Shown here in pieces: positions 1 through 11,885 of a DNA stretch of 64,000 bases (positions are counted from its first letter, which is position 1; each line of letters begins with the position of its first letter). Where the stretch lies: contig OZ251222.1 of NCBI GenBank assembly GCA_965240325.2, positions 4,278,001-4,342,000 on the forward strand, written 5' to 3'. The translations under genes and the position numbers were made by a program. Origin of the DNA: Rebecca billardiae RCC1528 (lineage: Eukaryota; Protista; Haptophyta). Below the pieces are notes generated by a model. It saw nothing but the letters and a program-made list of their open reading frames with translations, had not been told where the DNA came from and searched no databases.

Positions 1-1298
1 CTCGCGTTGGCGCCGCCGAGCGGGGCGTCGTTGAGCAGCTCGCCCGCGTCCACCCACGCTTGCACCGCGCCGACGGAGACCGCCTCGACGCCGAGCGTGC
101 CCGTCGCGGCCGCGCCGTCGTCCGCGCCCGCCACCACGCCCGCGCTGTCTGAGAGGTACGCGTTGCTCGCAGCGTTCACGTACTGCACGACGCGGCACGA
201 GAGCGCGGCCGCGTGCGAGCCGGGCGGCGCGTCCGCGCGCACGGCGAGCGTGAGCGTGATGAGCGGCACCGCGGCGCCCGTCACGTCCGCCTCGGACGTG
301 CCGCCCGTCAGCCCGGACGCCACGACGCCGAGCGTGCCCACGCCGTCGTCGTTGAGCGTGGGCGAGTTGTACGTGCTCGCCACCGCGCTCGCGCTCACGC
401 CCAGCAGGCTCGCGTTGTACGACAGCTCGACCTGCCACGTGCTGAGCGCCGCGCCGCCCGTGTGCGCGTACAGCACGAGCTCGAACGAGTCGCCCGCGAA
501 GATGGGCGACTTGGCCATCTGCGCGAGCAGCCCGACGGAGGGCAGCGTGTACGCCGTCGGCGCCTTGGCAAGCGTGATCGCGCCCGCGGCCTCGCACGAG
601 CCCGCGTTGCCGCCGCCGTCGTACGAGAAGTCGACGCGCGCGCTGAGCGTGCGCGCGGCGCTGTCGCTGAACCACGCGGCGTCGAGCGTCGCGCTGCACT
701 CGCCCACGCCGCTGCTCGAGCCGGGCATCCCGCACGAGGACTGCGCGCTCTCCGAGCCGCCGTCGAGCGAGAGTGTGAGCAACACGCCCAGCCCGCTGCT
801 CGTCACCTGCGAGCGCTGCGCCTCGTCGCGCATCTGGTAGTTGACGCGCGCGTCGAGGCGGTCGACGTACAGCACGGCGGTGCGCGGCACGCAGCTCACG
901 CTCGCCGCCTGCTGCGCGACCAGCGTGAAGCCGGCGCTCGCCACGCCCAGGTCGATGCCGTGCGACGACGCGCGGACCGTGCCCGCGTCGCCCTTGGTCG
1001 CGCCCGCAAAGAAGCCCACGCTCACGTTGTGGAAGCTGCCCGCGCTGCTCGCCGAGCCGTGCAGCGGCAGGCCTGGGCTGCCCGCCGCCGGGTAGAGCGT
1101 CAGCAGCGCGCCCTCGACCAGGTCGGCCGCGTCGAAGGCGAACGGCGGCAGCGGCGGCGAGGGCGGCGAGGGCGGCGGGTGCGGCAGCGTGCGCGGCGGC
1201 GGCGGGCTCGGCGGCGACGGCGGCGGGGCCGGCGGCGGCGGGCTCGGCGGCGGCGACGGTGGCGGCGACGGCGGCGGCGACGGCGGCGGCTGCGGGAA

Positions 1299-1329
<31 letters not shown>

Positions 1330-4300
1330 GGCGGCGGGCTCGGCGGCGGGCTCGGCGGCGGGCGCGGCGGCGGGCTGGGCGGTGGAAGCGGCGGCGGCGG
1401 TGCCGGCGGTGGGGATGGCGGCGGCGAGGGCGGCGGGCTGGGCGGCGGCGAGGGCGGCGGCGAGGGTGGCGGGAACGGAGGCGGCGGCGAGGGCGGCGGC
1501 GAGGGCGGCGGCGAGGGCGGCAGCGTGGGAGGCGGGCTCGGCGGCGGGTGTGGTGGTGGCGGCGCCGGCGGTGGCGACGGTGGCGGCGATGGAGGCGGGC
1601 TGGGCGGCGGCGAGGGCGGCGGCGAGGGCGGCGGCGCGGGTGGCGGCGGCGAGGGCGGCGGCGAGGGCGGCGGCGAGGGCGGCGGCGAGGGCGGCGGCGA
1701 CGGCGGCGGCGGCGAGGGCGGCGGCGAGGGCGGTGGCGAGGGCGGCGGCGCAGGCGGCGGCGCAGGCGGCGGTGACGGCGGCGGCGACGGCGGCGGGCTC
1801 GGCGGAGGCGACGGCGGAGGGCTCGGCGGTGGCGGGCTTGGCGGCGGCGAGGGTGGTGGCGAGGGCGGCGGCGAGGGCGGCGGGCTCGGTGGGGGCGGGC
1901 TCGGCGGCGGAGCCGGTGGTGGCGAGGGCGGCGCCGCCGGCGGTGGCGACGGTGGCGGGCGTGGCGGCGGCGACGGCGGCGGGCTCGGAGGCGGCGACGG
2001 CGGTGGCGACGGCGGCGACGGCGGCGGGAAGGGCGCGGCCCTGGGCGGCGGCGGCGGCGCGGGCGGCGGAGACGGTGGCGGCGACGGCGGCTGGCTCGGC
2101 GGCGGCGAGGGCGGCGGCAAGGGCGGAGGCGGCGAGGGCGGCGGCGAGGGCGGCGGGCTCGGCGGCGGCGACGGCGGCGGCGAGGGCGGCGGCGGCGACG
2201 GCGGCGGCGAGGGCGGCGGCGATGGCGGCGGCTGGGGCAGAGGCGGCGGCGGCGACGGTGGCGGCGACGGCGGCGGTGAGGGCGGTGGCGATGGCGGTGG
2301 CGACGGCGGCAGGCGCGGCGGAGGGCTCGGCGGCGGCGATGGCGGCGGTGACGGTGGTGGCGACGGCGGCGGCGCGGGCGGCGGCGGCGAGGGCGGTGGC
2401 GACGGTGGCGGCAACGGCGGCGGGCGCGGCGGCGGGCTCGGCGGCGGCGAGGGCGGTGGTGACGGCGGTGGCGACGGCGGCGGTGCGGGTGGCGGCGGCG
2501 AGGGCGGTGGCGACGGCGGCGGCGACGGCGGCGGGCGCGGCGGCGGGCTCGGCGGCGGCGAGGGCGGTGGTGACGGTGGCGGCGACGGCGGCGGGCTCGG
2601 CGGCGGCAACGGCGGCGGCGATGGCGGTGGGGCGGGCGCGCCCGTGGGCGGCGGTGGCGACGGCGGAGGCGACGGCGGCGGGCTCGGCGGCGGGCTCGGC
2701 GGCGGCGGGCTCGGCGGCGGCGACGGCGGCGGCGACGGCGGCGGCGATGGCGGTGGGCTCGGCGGCGGAGGGCTCGGCGGCGGTGATGGCGGCGGCGAGG
2801 GCGGAGGGCTCGGCGGCGGGGTCGGCGGCGGCGGGCTCGGCGGCGGTGACGGCGGCGGTGAGGGTGGCGACGACGGCGGTGGCGAAGGTGGTGGCGCGGG
2901 CGGCGGGCTCGGCGGCGGGCTCGGCGGCGGCGACGGCGGTGGCGATGGCGGCGATGGCGGCGGGAACGGCGCAGCGCGCGGCGGCGGCGGCGGGTTTGGC
3001 GGTGGGCTCGGCGGTGGTGACGGCGGCGGGCTGGGTGGCGGCGACGGCGGTGGCAACGGCGGTGGCGGCGAGGGTGGCGGCGATGGCGGCGGGCTCGGTG
3101 GCGGCGACGGTGGCGGCGACGGTGGCGGCGACGGTGGCGGCGGAGACGGCGGCGGTGATGGCGGCGGCGAGGGCGGCGGGGACGGAGGCGGCTGGGGCGA
3201 GGGCGGCGGCGAGGGCGGCGGGGACGGCGGCGGCGACGGGGGCGGGCTCGGCACGCCCACCGGCGGTGGCGGCGAGGGCGGTGGCGACGGCGGCGGCGAC
3301 GGCGGCGGCGACGGCGGCGGCGACGGAGGCGGGCTGGGTGGCGGCGACGGTGGCGGCGACGGCGGCGGCGAGGGTGGTGGCGATGGCGGCGGGCTCGGCG
3401 GCGGCGGCGATGGCGGCGGCGAGGGTGGCGGCGACGGCGGTGGCGAGGGTGGTGGGCTTGGCGGCGGAGACGGCGGAGGCCGCGGCGGCGGCGATGGCGG
3501 CGGCGATGGCGGCGGCGACGGTGGCGGCGTTGGTAGGGACGGCGGCGGGCTCGGTGGCGGGCTCGGCGGCGGGCTCGGCGGCGGCGATGGCGGTGGTGCG
3601 GGCGGCGGGCTCGGCGGCGCGCGAGGCGGCGGGCTCGGTGGCGGGCTCGGTGGCGGGGACGGCGGCGGGGGCGAGGGCGGAGGCGAGGGCGGAGGCGAGG
3701 GTGGCGGCGACGGCGGCGCACGCGGCGGTGGGGATGGCGGCGGGCTCGGCGGTAGCGGGCTCGGCGGCGGTGATGGTGGCGGTGCCGGCGGTGGCGCCGG
3801 CGGCGGCGACGGCGGCGGCGGGCTCGGTGGCGGTGACGGCGGCGGCGAGGGTGGCGGGCTCGGCGGCGGTGACGGCGGCGGCGAGGGTGGCGGGCTCGGC
3901 GGCGGGCTTGGCGGCGGCGACGGCGGTGGCGACGGCGGCGACGGCGGCGGGAATGGCGCAGCGCGCGGCGGTGGTGGCGGGGTTGGCGGCGGGCTCGGCG
4001 GTGGTGACGGGGGTGGGCTCGGCGGCGGCGAGGGCGGCGGCGAGGGCGGCGGTGGCGAGGGCGGCGGCGAGGGCGGCGACGACGGTGGCGGCGACGGTGG
4101 CGGCGAGGGTGGCGGCGACGGTGGCGGAGGAGACGGCGGCGGCGACGGCGGCGGCGATGGTGGCGGGCTCGGTGGCGGCCGGGGCGACGGCGGCGGCGAC
4201 GGCGGCGGCGACGGCGGCGGCGACGGGGGCGGGCTCGGCACGCCCACCGGCGGCGGCGGCGAGGGCGGTGGCGAGGGCGGCGGCGACGGTGGCGGCGAGG

Positions 4301-7300
4301 GCGGCGGGCTTGGTGGCGCCGATGGTGGCGGCGATGGTGGTGGCGAGGGCGGCGGGCTCGGCGGCGGCGGCGACGGTGGCGGCGACGGCGGTGGCGACGG
4401 CGGTGGGCTCGGCGGCGGTGGGCTCGGCGGCGGGCTCGGCGGCGGCGAGGGCGGGGGCGCCGGTGGCAATGCTGGCGGGGGCGACGGCGGTGGCGATGGT
4501 AGGGACGGCGGAGGGCTCGGCGGCGGGCTCGGCGGCGGCGATGGTGGCGGGATCGGCGGTGGCGAGGGTGGCGGCGCAGGTGGCGGGCTTGGCGGCGGGG
4601 ACGGCGGTGGCGACGGTGGCGGCGACGGAGGCGGCGGGGAAGGCGGCGGGGAAGGCGGTGGGCTCGGCGGCGGCGAGGGCGGCGGCGGCGAGGGCGGCGG
4701 GCTTGGCGGCGGCGAGGGTGGCGGCGACGGCGGCGGCCGCGGCGGTGGCGGCGATGGCGGCGGGCTGGGCGGCGGGCTTGGCGGCGGCGTCGGCGGCGGT
4801 GACGGTGGCTCCTTGGGAGGCGACGGTGGCGGCAGGGGCAGCACTCGCGGCGGCGGTGGTGGCAGCGGTGGCGGGCTTGGCGGCGGCGACGGCGGCGGCG
4901 TCGGCGGCGGGCTCGGCGGTGGTAGCGGCGGCGGTGGGCTCGGCGGCGGCGAGGGGGGCGGTGACGGTGGTGGCGAAGGCGGTGGCAAGGGGGGCGGGCT
5001 GGGGGGCGGGCTGGGCGGCGGGCTCGGTGGCAGCCGCGGCGGTGGACTAGGCGGCGGGCTCGGCTCGCTCGGCGGCGGGCTCGGCGGCGGGCTCGGTGGC
5101 GGCTGCGGCGGCGGGCTAGGCGGCGGGCTGGGCGGCGGCGCGGGCGGCCGTGGCGGCGGCGACGGTGGCGGCCGCGGGGGCGGGCTCGGCGGTGGCGACG
5201 GCGGCGGGGATGGCTGCGGCGGCGGTGGGCTCGGCGGCGGCGAGGGCGGCGGGCTCGGCGGTGGGCTCGGGGGCGACGAGGGCGGCGGGCTCGGTGGCGG
5301 CCTCGGAGGGGGCGACGGCGGCGGTCTCGGCAGCGGCGGCGGAGGCGACGGCGGCGGAGAGGGCGGCGGCGACGGCGGCGGCGACGGCGGCGGCGACGGC
5401 GGCGGTGAGGGCGGCGGCGACGGCGGCGGCGACGGCGGTGGCGACGGCGGCGGCGGCGATGGCGGCGGCGACGGCGGCGGCGACGGTGGCGGGCTCGGCG
5501 GTGGCGATGGTGGCGGGCTCGGTGGCGGGCTCGGCGGCGGCGACGGCGGTGGCGTCGGCAACGGTGGCGGCGGCGACGGCGGCGGCGAGGGCGGTGGCGA
5601 CGGCGGGGGGCTCGGTGGCGGCGACGGTGGCGGCGACGGCGGCGGCGAGGGCGGTGGCGAAGGCGGCGGACTCGGCGGTGGTGAGGGCGGCGGCGTGGGA
5701 GGCGGCGGCGATGGTGGTGGCGACGGCGGTGGTGATGGTGGCGGCGAGGGTGGCGGCGGCGACGGCGGCGGCGACGGCGGCGGCGACGGCGGCGGCGACG
5801 GTGGGGGCGGCGACGGCGGTGGCGACGGCGGCGGCGACGGCGGCGGGCTCGGCGGTGGCGACGGCGGCGGGCTCGGTGGCGGGCTCGGTGGCGGCGACGG
5901 CGGTGGCGTCGGCAACGGTGGCGGCGGCGAGGGCGGCGGCGACGGCGGCGGCGACGGCGGCGGCGACGGTGGCGGGCTCGGTGGCGGTGACGGCGGCGGC
6001 GAGGGCGGCGGCGAGGGCGGCGAGCTGGGCGGCGGCGAGGGCGGCGGCGAGGGTGGCGGCGGCGAGGGTGGCGGCGATGGCGGCGGCGACGGCGGCGGGG
6101 CTGGCGGCGGCGATGGCGGCGGTGACGGCGGCGGCGACGGTGGCGGCGACGGTGGCGGTGAGGGCGGTGGCGAGGGCGGCGGCGAGGGTGGCGGCGAGGG
6201 CGGCGGCGAGGGTGGCGGCGGCGACGGCGGCGGAGAGGGCGGGGGCACGGGCGGCGGGCTCGGCGGCGACACCGGCGGCGGCGATGGTGGCGGGCTCGGC
6301 GGCGGCGACGGCGGTGGCGATGGTGGTGGGCTCGGCGGCGGGCGCGGCGGAGGGGACGGCGGTGGAGACGGCGGCGGCGGTGAGGGCGGCGGCGATGGTG
6401 GCGGTGAGGGCGGCGGGCTCGGTGGCGCCGCCGGCGGCGGGGAGGGCGGCGGGCTGGGCGGCGGCGAGGGCGGCGGCGACGGTGGCGGCGAGGGGGGCGG
6501 GCTGGGCGGCGGCGAGGGCGGCGGCGCGGGCGGCGGCGGCGAGGGCGGTGGCGAGGGCGGCGGCGAGGGCGGCGGGCTCGGCGGCGGCGAGGGCGGCGGG
6601 CTCGGCGGCGGACTGGGGGGCGGCGACGGTGGCGGCGAGGGCGGCGGCGAGGGCGGTGGCGAGGGCGGCGGGCTCGGCGGCGGCGACGGTGGCGGCGGCG
6701 ACGGTGGCGGTGAGGGCGGCGGCGAGGGCGGTGGGCTCGGCGGCGACACTGGAGGTGGCGAAGGTGGCGGGCTCGGGGGCGGTGACGGTGGCGGCGACGG
6801 TGGCGGCGACGGTGGCGGGCCCGGCGGCGGCGAGGGCGGGGGCGACGGCGGTGGCGGCGAGGGCGGCGGCGAGGGCGGCGGCGAGGGCGGCGGGCTCGGC
6901 GGCGGGCTTGGCGGCGGGGATGGCGGCGGGCTCGGCGGCGGCGAGGGTGGCGGCGCGGGCGGCGGCGGCGAGGGCGGTGGCGAGGGCGGCGGCGAGGGCG
7001 GCGGGCTCGGCGGCGGCGAGGGCGGCGGGCTCGGCGGCGGACTGGGCGGCGGCGACGGTGGCGGCGAGGGCGGCGGCGAGGGCGGCGGCGAGGGCGGCGG
7101 GCTCGGCGGCGGCGACGGTGGCGGCGGCGACGGTGGCGGTGAGGGCGGCGGCGAGGGCGGTGGGCTGGGCGGCGGCGACGGTGGTGGTGAGGGGGGCGGG
7201 CCCGGCGGAGGCGAGGGCGGGGGCAACGGCGGCGGCGGCGAGGGCGGCGGCGAGGGCGGCGGCGAGGGCGGCGGGCTCGGCGGCGGGCTCGGCGGCGGCG

Positions 7301-9302
7301 ACGGCGGCGGGCTCGGTGGCGGCGACGGGGGTTGCGAGGGCGGCGGCGAGGGCGGTGGCGAGGGCGGCGGGCTCGGGGGCGGCCGCGGTGGGGGTGGCGA
7401 CGGAGGCGGCGACGGCGGTGGCGAGGGCGGCGGGCTGGGCGGCGGTGGTGACGGTGGCGGCGACGGAGGCGGCGGGCTCGGCGGCGGCGAGGGCGGTGGG
7501 CTCGGCGGCGCGCCCGGCGGCGGGCTCGGCGGCGGGCGCGGCGAGGGCGGCGGGCTCGGCGGCGGGCGCGGCGGCGGCGGTGAGGGCGGTGGCAGTGGCG
7601 GCGCGGGCGGCGGCGGCGACGGCGCGGGCGGCGGTGGCGGTGCGGGCGGCTGTGAGGGTGGTGGCGGCTTGGGTGGGCTGGACGGGGGCGGCGGCGACGG
7701 CGGCGGTGACGGGATGGTGGGCGTGGGCGGCGGGGAAGGCGGTGGGCTCGGCGGCGGCGACGGCGGGGGCGAGGGCGGCGGGCTCGGCGGCGGCGACGGC
7801 GGCGATCCTGGTGGCGGCGGCCTCGGCGGCGGCGACGGCGGCGGGCGCGGCGGCGGCGGCGACGGCGGTGGCGACGGACGCGACGGCGGCGGCTGGCTCG
7901 GCGGGCGGGGCGGCGGCGGCGATGGCGTGGGCGGCGGCGGCGGGTTGGGCGGCGGGCGTGGCGGCGGCGGCGAAGGCGCGGGCGGCGGCGGCGGGAAGGG
8001 CGGGTTTGGCGGCGGGCTCGGCGGCGGCGATGGCGGCGGGCTCGGCGGCGGCGCCGGCGGCGAGGGCGGCGGGCTCGGCGGCGGCGAGGGCGGCGGCGAG
8101 GGCGGTGGTGACGGCGGCGGCCGAGGCGGCGGCAAGGGCGGCGGCGGGCTCGGCGGCGGGCTCGGCGGCGGGCTCGGCGGCGGGATCGGCGGCGGGCTCG
8201 GCGGCGGCGACGGCGGCGGGCCCGGCGGAGGGCTCGGCGGCGGGAAGGGGATGGGTGGCGGGCTCGGCGGCGGGCTCGGCGGCGGGCTCGGCGGCGGGCT
8301 CGGCGGCGGGCTCGGCGGCGGGCTCGGCGGCGGGCTTGGGGGCGGCCGCGGCGGTCGTGGTGGCGGCGGGCTCGGCGGCGGGCTCGGCGGCGGCGCCGGT
8401 GGCGACGGCGGCGGCGACGGCGGCGGGCTCGGCGGCGGGCTCGGCGGCGACATCGGCGGCGGCGGCGACGGCACGGGCGGCGGCGGCGGCGGGAACGGCA
8501 GCGTGCGCGGCGGCGGCGGCGGGCTCGGCGGCGGCGCCGGCGGCGGGCTCGGCGGCGGGCTCGGCGGCGGGCTCGGCGGCGGGCCGGGCGAGGGCGGCGG
8601 GCTCGGCGGCGGGCTCGGCGGCGGCGACGGCGGCGGGCTTGGCGGCGGGCGCGGCGGCGCGGGCGGTGGGCTCGGCGGCGGCGACGGCGGCGGGCTCGGC
8701 GGAGCGCCAGGCGGCGGGCTCGGCGGCGGGCGCGGCGACGGCGGCGGGCTCGGCGGCGGGCTCGGCGGCGGGCTCGGCGGCGGGCTCGGAGGCGGCGACG
8801 GCGGTGGGCGCGGCGGCGGGCGCGGCGGCGGGCTCGGTGGCGGGCTCGGCGGCGGGCCGGGCGGCGGCGGGCTCGGCGGCGGGCCCGGCGGCGGGCTCGG
8901 CGGCGGGCTCGGCGGCGGGCTCGGCGGATTGGGCGGGAGAGGCGGCGGCGGGCTCGGCGGCGGGCTCGGCGGTGGGCTCGGCGGCCGCGCCGGCGGTGAC
9001 GGCGGCGGCGGTGACGGAAGTGGCGGCGGCGGCAGCGGTGGCGGCTTCTCAGCCAGCCGTCGCCGGGCCGTCGCCGCCGCGTCGCCGCGCAGCGGCGTCG
9101 GCGCCGCCGGCGCGTCAACGGCGAGCAGCAGCGCGACCGCGGCCGCACACGCGAGCGCGCCCGCGGCAGGCCAGAGGCGCGTGCGCGCGCGCCTGCGCGC
9201 GCTCGAGCCGGCGGACGACGCGTCGCCGGGCGCGCGCCGCGCGGTCACCGCCGGCGCGGGCTCGCGCGTGGGTTCACTGGGCAGCAAGCAGCAGGTGGCC
9301 AT
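1..9302 (-). CDS. Giant extensin-like (SPPP/SPPPP) proline-rich surface protein with TMEM132-like/cohesin-like domains; 3' end outside window
   Basis: ATG at 9302-9300 (MATCCLLPSEPTREPAP...). Hydrophobic anchor LWPAAGALACAAAVALLLAV, then RRRL, then about 2,600 aa of PPSPPPPSPP repeats (~9045-1140). A globular region follows, with GVGECSATLDAAWFS, KSPIFAGDSFELVLYAHTGGAALSTWQVELSYNASLL and GELLNDAPLGG. The frame stays open to position 3 with no stop, so it is missing from the ORF track. Confidence 0.9.
1140..9045 (-). repeat. Low-complexity (CCG)n/Ser-Pro coding repeat with higher-order internal duplications
   Basis: Continuous ggcggcggcgac/gag/gggctc units on the + strand. Distinctive markers recur at ~990 bp (ggcacgcccaccggc ~3250 and ~4237; ggcgcagcgcgcggc ~2968 and ~3955), ~355 bp (ggcgtcggcaacggt ~5551 and ~5905) and ~430 bp (ggactgg ~6610 and ~7039). 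Confidence 0.9.
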
Positions 9303-9615
9303 TGCTCGGACCACCAGTGGCGTGTGTGTGTCCCCAGCCGGTGCCCCCTGCCCCAGTGCTGCTTCCCATCGCCACTGCAAGATCGCGCAAGGCCACCTTT
9401 ACCCGCGTTGACTATCGTAATCGTACACCCGCCTTGACTCTAAATAGAAAGCCGTTGCGTACTTTATAGGCACCGGCGCCGGCAAGTTGCGGCTCTTGAT
9501 CAGGTGGGGCCAACGGTGGGCAAGTCCCATCCGGACTACAGCCGGACACACTGCCTTGATTAGCGCCACCGCTTCGCCCGTGGCGCGCGAACACGCGGAG
9601 GGTGTCGGCCTTGGA

Positions 9616-11400
9616 ATGGCCCGCCACGCCGCGGCCCTCCTGCTCGCGGCGAGCGCGGCTGCGCCGGGCGCGGCGGCGCGCGGGCGCGGCTCCGCGTCCC
9701 AGCCGCCCAACGTCGTCATCCTCCTCGTCGACGACCTCGGCTACGGCGACATTGGCGCGTACGGCAACAGCACGATCAAGACGCCGCACATCGACCGGCT
9801 CGCGCGCGAGGGCGTGCTGCTCACGCAGCACCTGGTGGCCTCGCCGATGTGCACGCCGTCGCGCGCGGCGCTGCTCACCGGGCGCCACGCCATCCGCACC
9901 GGCATGTCGGGCGACAAGATCGCGCGCATCATGCCGTCGCCCGCGGTGCCGGGCGGCATCGACACGCGCGAGCGCACGATCGCGTCCATGCTCAAGGCGC
10001 GTGGGTTCGCGACGGCGATGGTCGGCAAGTGGCACGTGGGGATGGGGACGAACTGCTCGCTCTGCCCCCGCGCGCACGGCTTCGACTCGTACTGGGGCAT
10101 GCCCGTCACCAACGTGCAGGCGTGCGGGTACAAGGGCGAGTGGGTGACGCAGCGCTCGAGGCTCGAGTTCATCCTCAGCCGCTACCCGGCCGGGCTGGTC
10201 GCGCGCTCGGCGGTGGGGCTGCTGTGCGTCACGGCGCTGCTCTGCGGGCTCGGCCGCGCGCCGCGCTCCGCCTTCCTCCTCCACGCGCTGTGCACGCTGC
10301 TCCTCATCTACGTCATGCAGTGGGTGCCCTCCACCATCATGCTGCTCAACCCGAAGGCGTGCGTGCTCTTTGAGAACGACACGGTGGTCGAGCAGCCCGT
10401 GCAGCTCAAGTACCTCACGCACCGCGCGACGCTGCGCGCCGAGCGCTTCGTCCGCGCGGCCGCGGCGGAGAAGCGCCCGTTCTTCCTCTACCTCGCGTAC
10501 CACAAGGTGCACACCGCGCTCTTCTCCACCGACGAGTTCGCGGGCGTGTCCGCGCACGGCGAGTACGGCGACAACGTCGAGGAGATGGACGACTCGGTCG
10601 GACGCGTGCTCGCCGCGCTCGACAAGGCGGGCGTGGCGGAGAGCACGCTGGTGTACTTCTCCTCGGACAACGGGCCGTGGAAGGAGCAGGCCTCCGAGGG
10701 CGGCGCGTGCGGCTCCGCGCCCGCCGACCCCGCCCACCCGCTGCGCGGCGGCAAGGCGCAGACGTGGGAGTGCGGCATCCGCGTGCCCGGCATCGTGCGC
10801 TGGAAGGGGCGGCTCAAGCCGCGCGTCGAGCACGCGGCGACGACCAACATGGACCTGCTGCCCACCATCGCCGCGGCCGTCGGCGCGCCCGTCCCGCCGC
10901 ACGTCGCCGACACCGGCTACGCGCCCGCGCCCGCGGGCGAGGCGATCGACGGGCGCGACCTGCTGCCGCTGCTCAGCGGCGCCGCGCCCGCGCCGCCGCA
11001 CGACGTGATCTTCCACTACTGCGACCAGCTGATTGCCGCGGTGCGCGTGGGCCGGTACAAGGTGCACTTCGCCACGACCAAGTGGTCGGACGTCGAGCGC
11101 GAGGCGTGCCCCGACGAGATCATCTGCCCGTGCGCCGCGGTGCCGCATGAGCCGCCGCTCGTCTTCGACATCGAGGCCGACCCGGCCGAGCGGGTGCCGC
11201 TCCACCTCGCCGCGGACGAGGGCGCGCGCGCCGCGGCGGCGGCGGCGGCGGCGGCGAGGGAGAAGCAGCGCGCGTCCGTCGTGCCCGTACGCACGCAGAC
11301 CGAGCTCGCGCCCGTGCTCGACAACTTCCCGTGCTGCGGCTACCCGCACCCCGGGCTGGCGCGCACGCTCGCCATCATCACCGACAGCTGCGGCTGCTGA
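9616..11400 (+). CDS. Arylsulfatase, steryl-sulfatase (STS/ARSD-like) type with internal transmembrane hairpin
   Basis: Signal peptide MARHAAALLLAASAAA; PNVVILLVDDLGYGD; CTPSRAALLTGR (FGly motif); GKWHVG; two hydrophobic segments; SSDNG; LRGGKAQTWECGIRVPGI; C-terminal CC...CGC. Confidence 0.92.
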   Translation: MARHAAALLLAASAAAPGAAARGRGSASQPPNVVILLVDDLGYGDIGAYGNSTIKTPHIDRLAREGVLLTQHLVASPMCTPSRAALLTGRHAIRTGMSGDKIARIMPSPAVPGGIDTRERTIASMLKARGFATAMVGKWHVGMGTNCSLCPRAHGFDSYWGMPVTNVQACGYKGEWVTQRSRLEFILSRYPAGLVARSAVGLLCVTALLCGLGRAPRSAFLLHALCTLLLIYVMQWVPSTIMLLNPKACVLFENDTVVEQPVQLKYLTHRATLRAERFVRAAAAEKRPFFLYLAYHKVHTALFSTDEFAGVSAHGEYGDNVEEMDDSVGRVLAALDKAGVAESTLVYFSSDNGPWKEQASEGGACGSAPADPAHPLRGGKAQTWECGIRVPGIVRWKGRLKPRVEHAATTNMDLLPTIAAAVGAPVPPHVADTGYAPAPAGEAIDGRDLLPLLSGAAPAPPHDVIFHYCDQLIAAVRVGRYKVHFATTKWSDVEREACPDEIICPCAAVPHEPPLVFDIEADPAERVPLHLAADEGARAAAAAAAAAREKQRASVVPVRTQTELAPVLDNFPCCGYPHPGLARTLAIITDSCGC

Positions 11401-11802
11401 GCGCGCAGAGTCGACCGCACGGAGCGGGTGGCGTGGACGAGTCACGAGTGATGGATATTGGATTGCGTCTTCGGTCTTGGGAGCGCAGCCTCGTGTCCGC
11501 GTGACGGACACCGCACGGCTCCCCTGTGAGCTGACCGCCCGCCTGCCCGCGCCAGAAGCTGCAGGGGCTTGGTCAAGATTCTGCCTGACTTATCTGATAC
11601 TAGTTACTGATAACTGAAGCTGGATACGGCGACTCGCTGACTCGGCAGCCGCGGCCGCGCTGTGCCGGGCGCGTGACTTTTCACTTTTGTCAGTTATTCC
11701 AACCGAGTGACAGAGCCGCAGGCAGGAGCTGGAGCGGAGTAGCAGACGCTGAGCTTTGCGACTGTATAAGTACGCTGATTCTGCACATGCCCGTCGAGTC
11801 TC

Positions 11803-11885
11803 CCCCATATAGCTCAGTTGGTAGAGCGGAAGACTGTAGTTGTGCAGATATCTTTAGGTCATGTGTTCGACTCACATTGTGGGGA
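11803..11885 (+). tRNA. tRNA-Tyr(GTA) with 10-nt canonical intron (11840-11849)
   Basis: Acceptor stem CCCCATA/TGTGGGG; D-arm GCTC-AGTTGGTA-GAGC; anticodon stem GAAGA/TCTTT with CT-GTA-G; T-arm ATGTG-TTCGACT-CACAT; discriminator A; TTTT Pol III terminator just downstream. Confidence 0.95.

Noticed and set aside
1100-9148. 2,682-aa Arg-rich minus-strand ORF (protamine-like)
   Set aside because: Alternative frame of the same (CCG)n repeat; stop codons are absent for compositional reasons.
1189-9411. 2,740-aa Gly-rich + strand ORF and overlapping Ala-rich ORFs
   Set aside because: Antisense shadow of the CCG-rich Pro/Ser gene. It has no ATG start, signal peptide or globular domain, whereas the minus frame has all of these.
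11380-11700. Selenocysteine read-through at the sulfatase TGA (CGC-stop)
   Set aside because: Cys-rich termini are normal for this family, and I could not identify a convincing SECIS.
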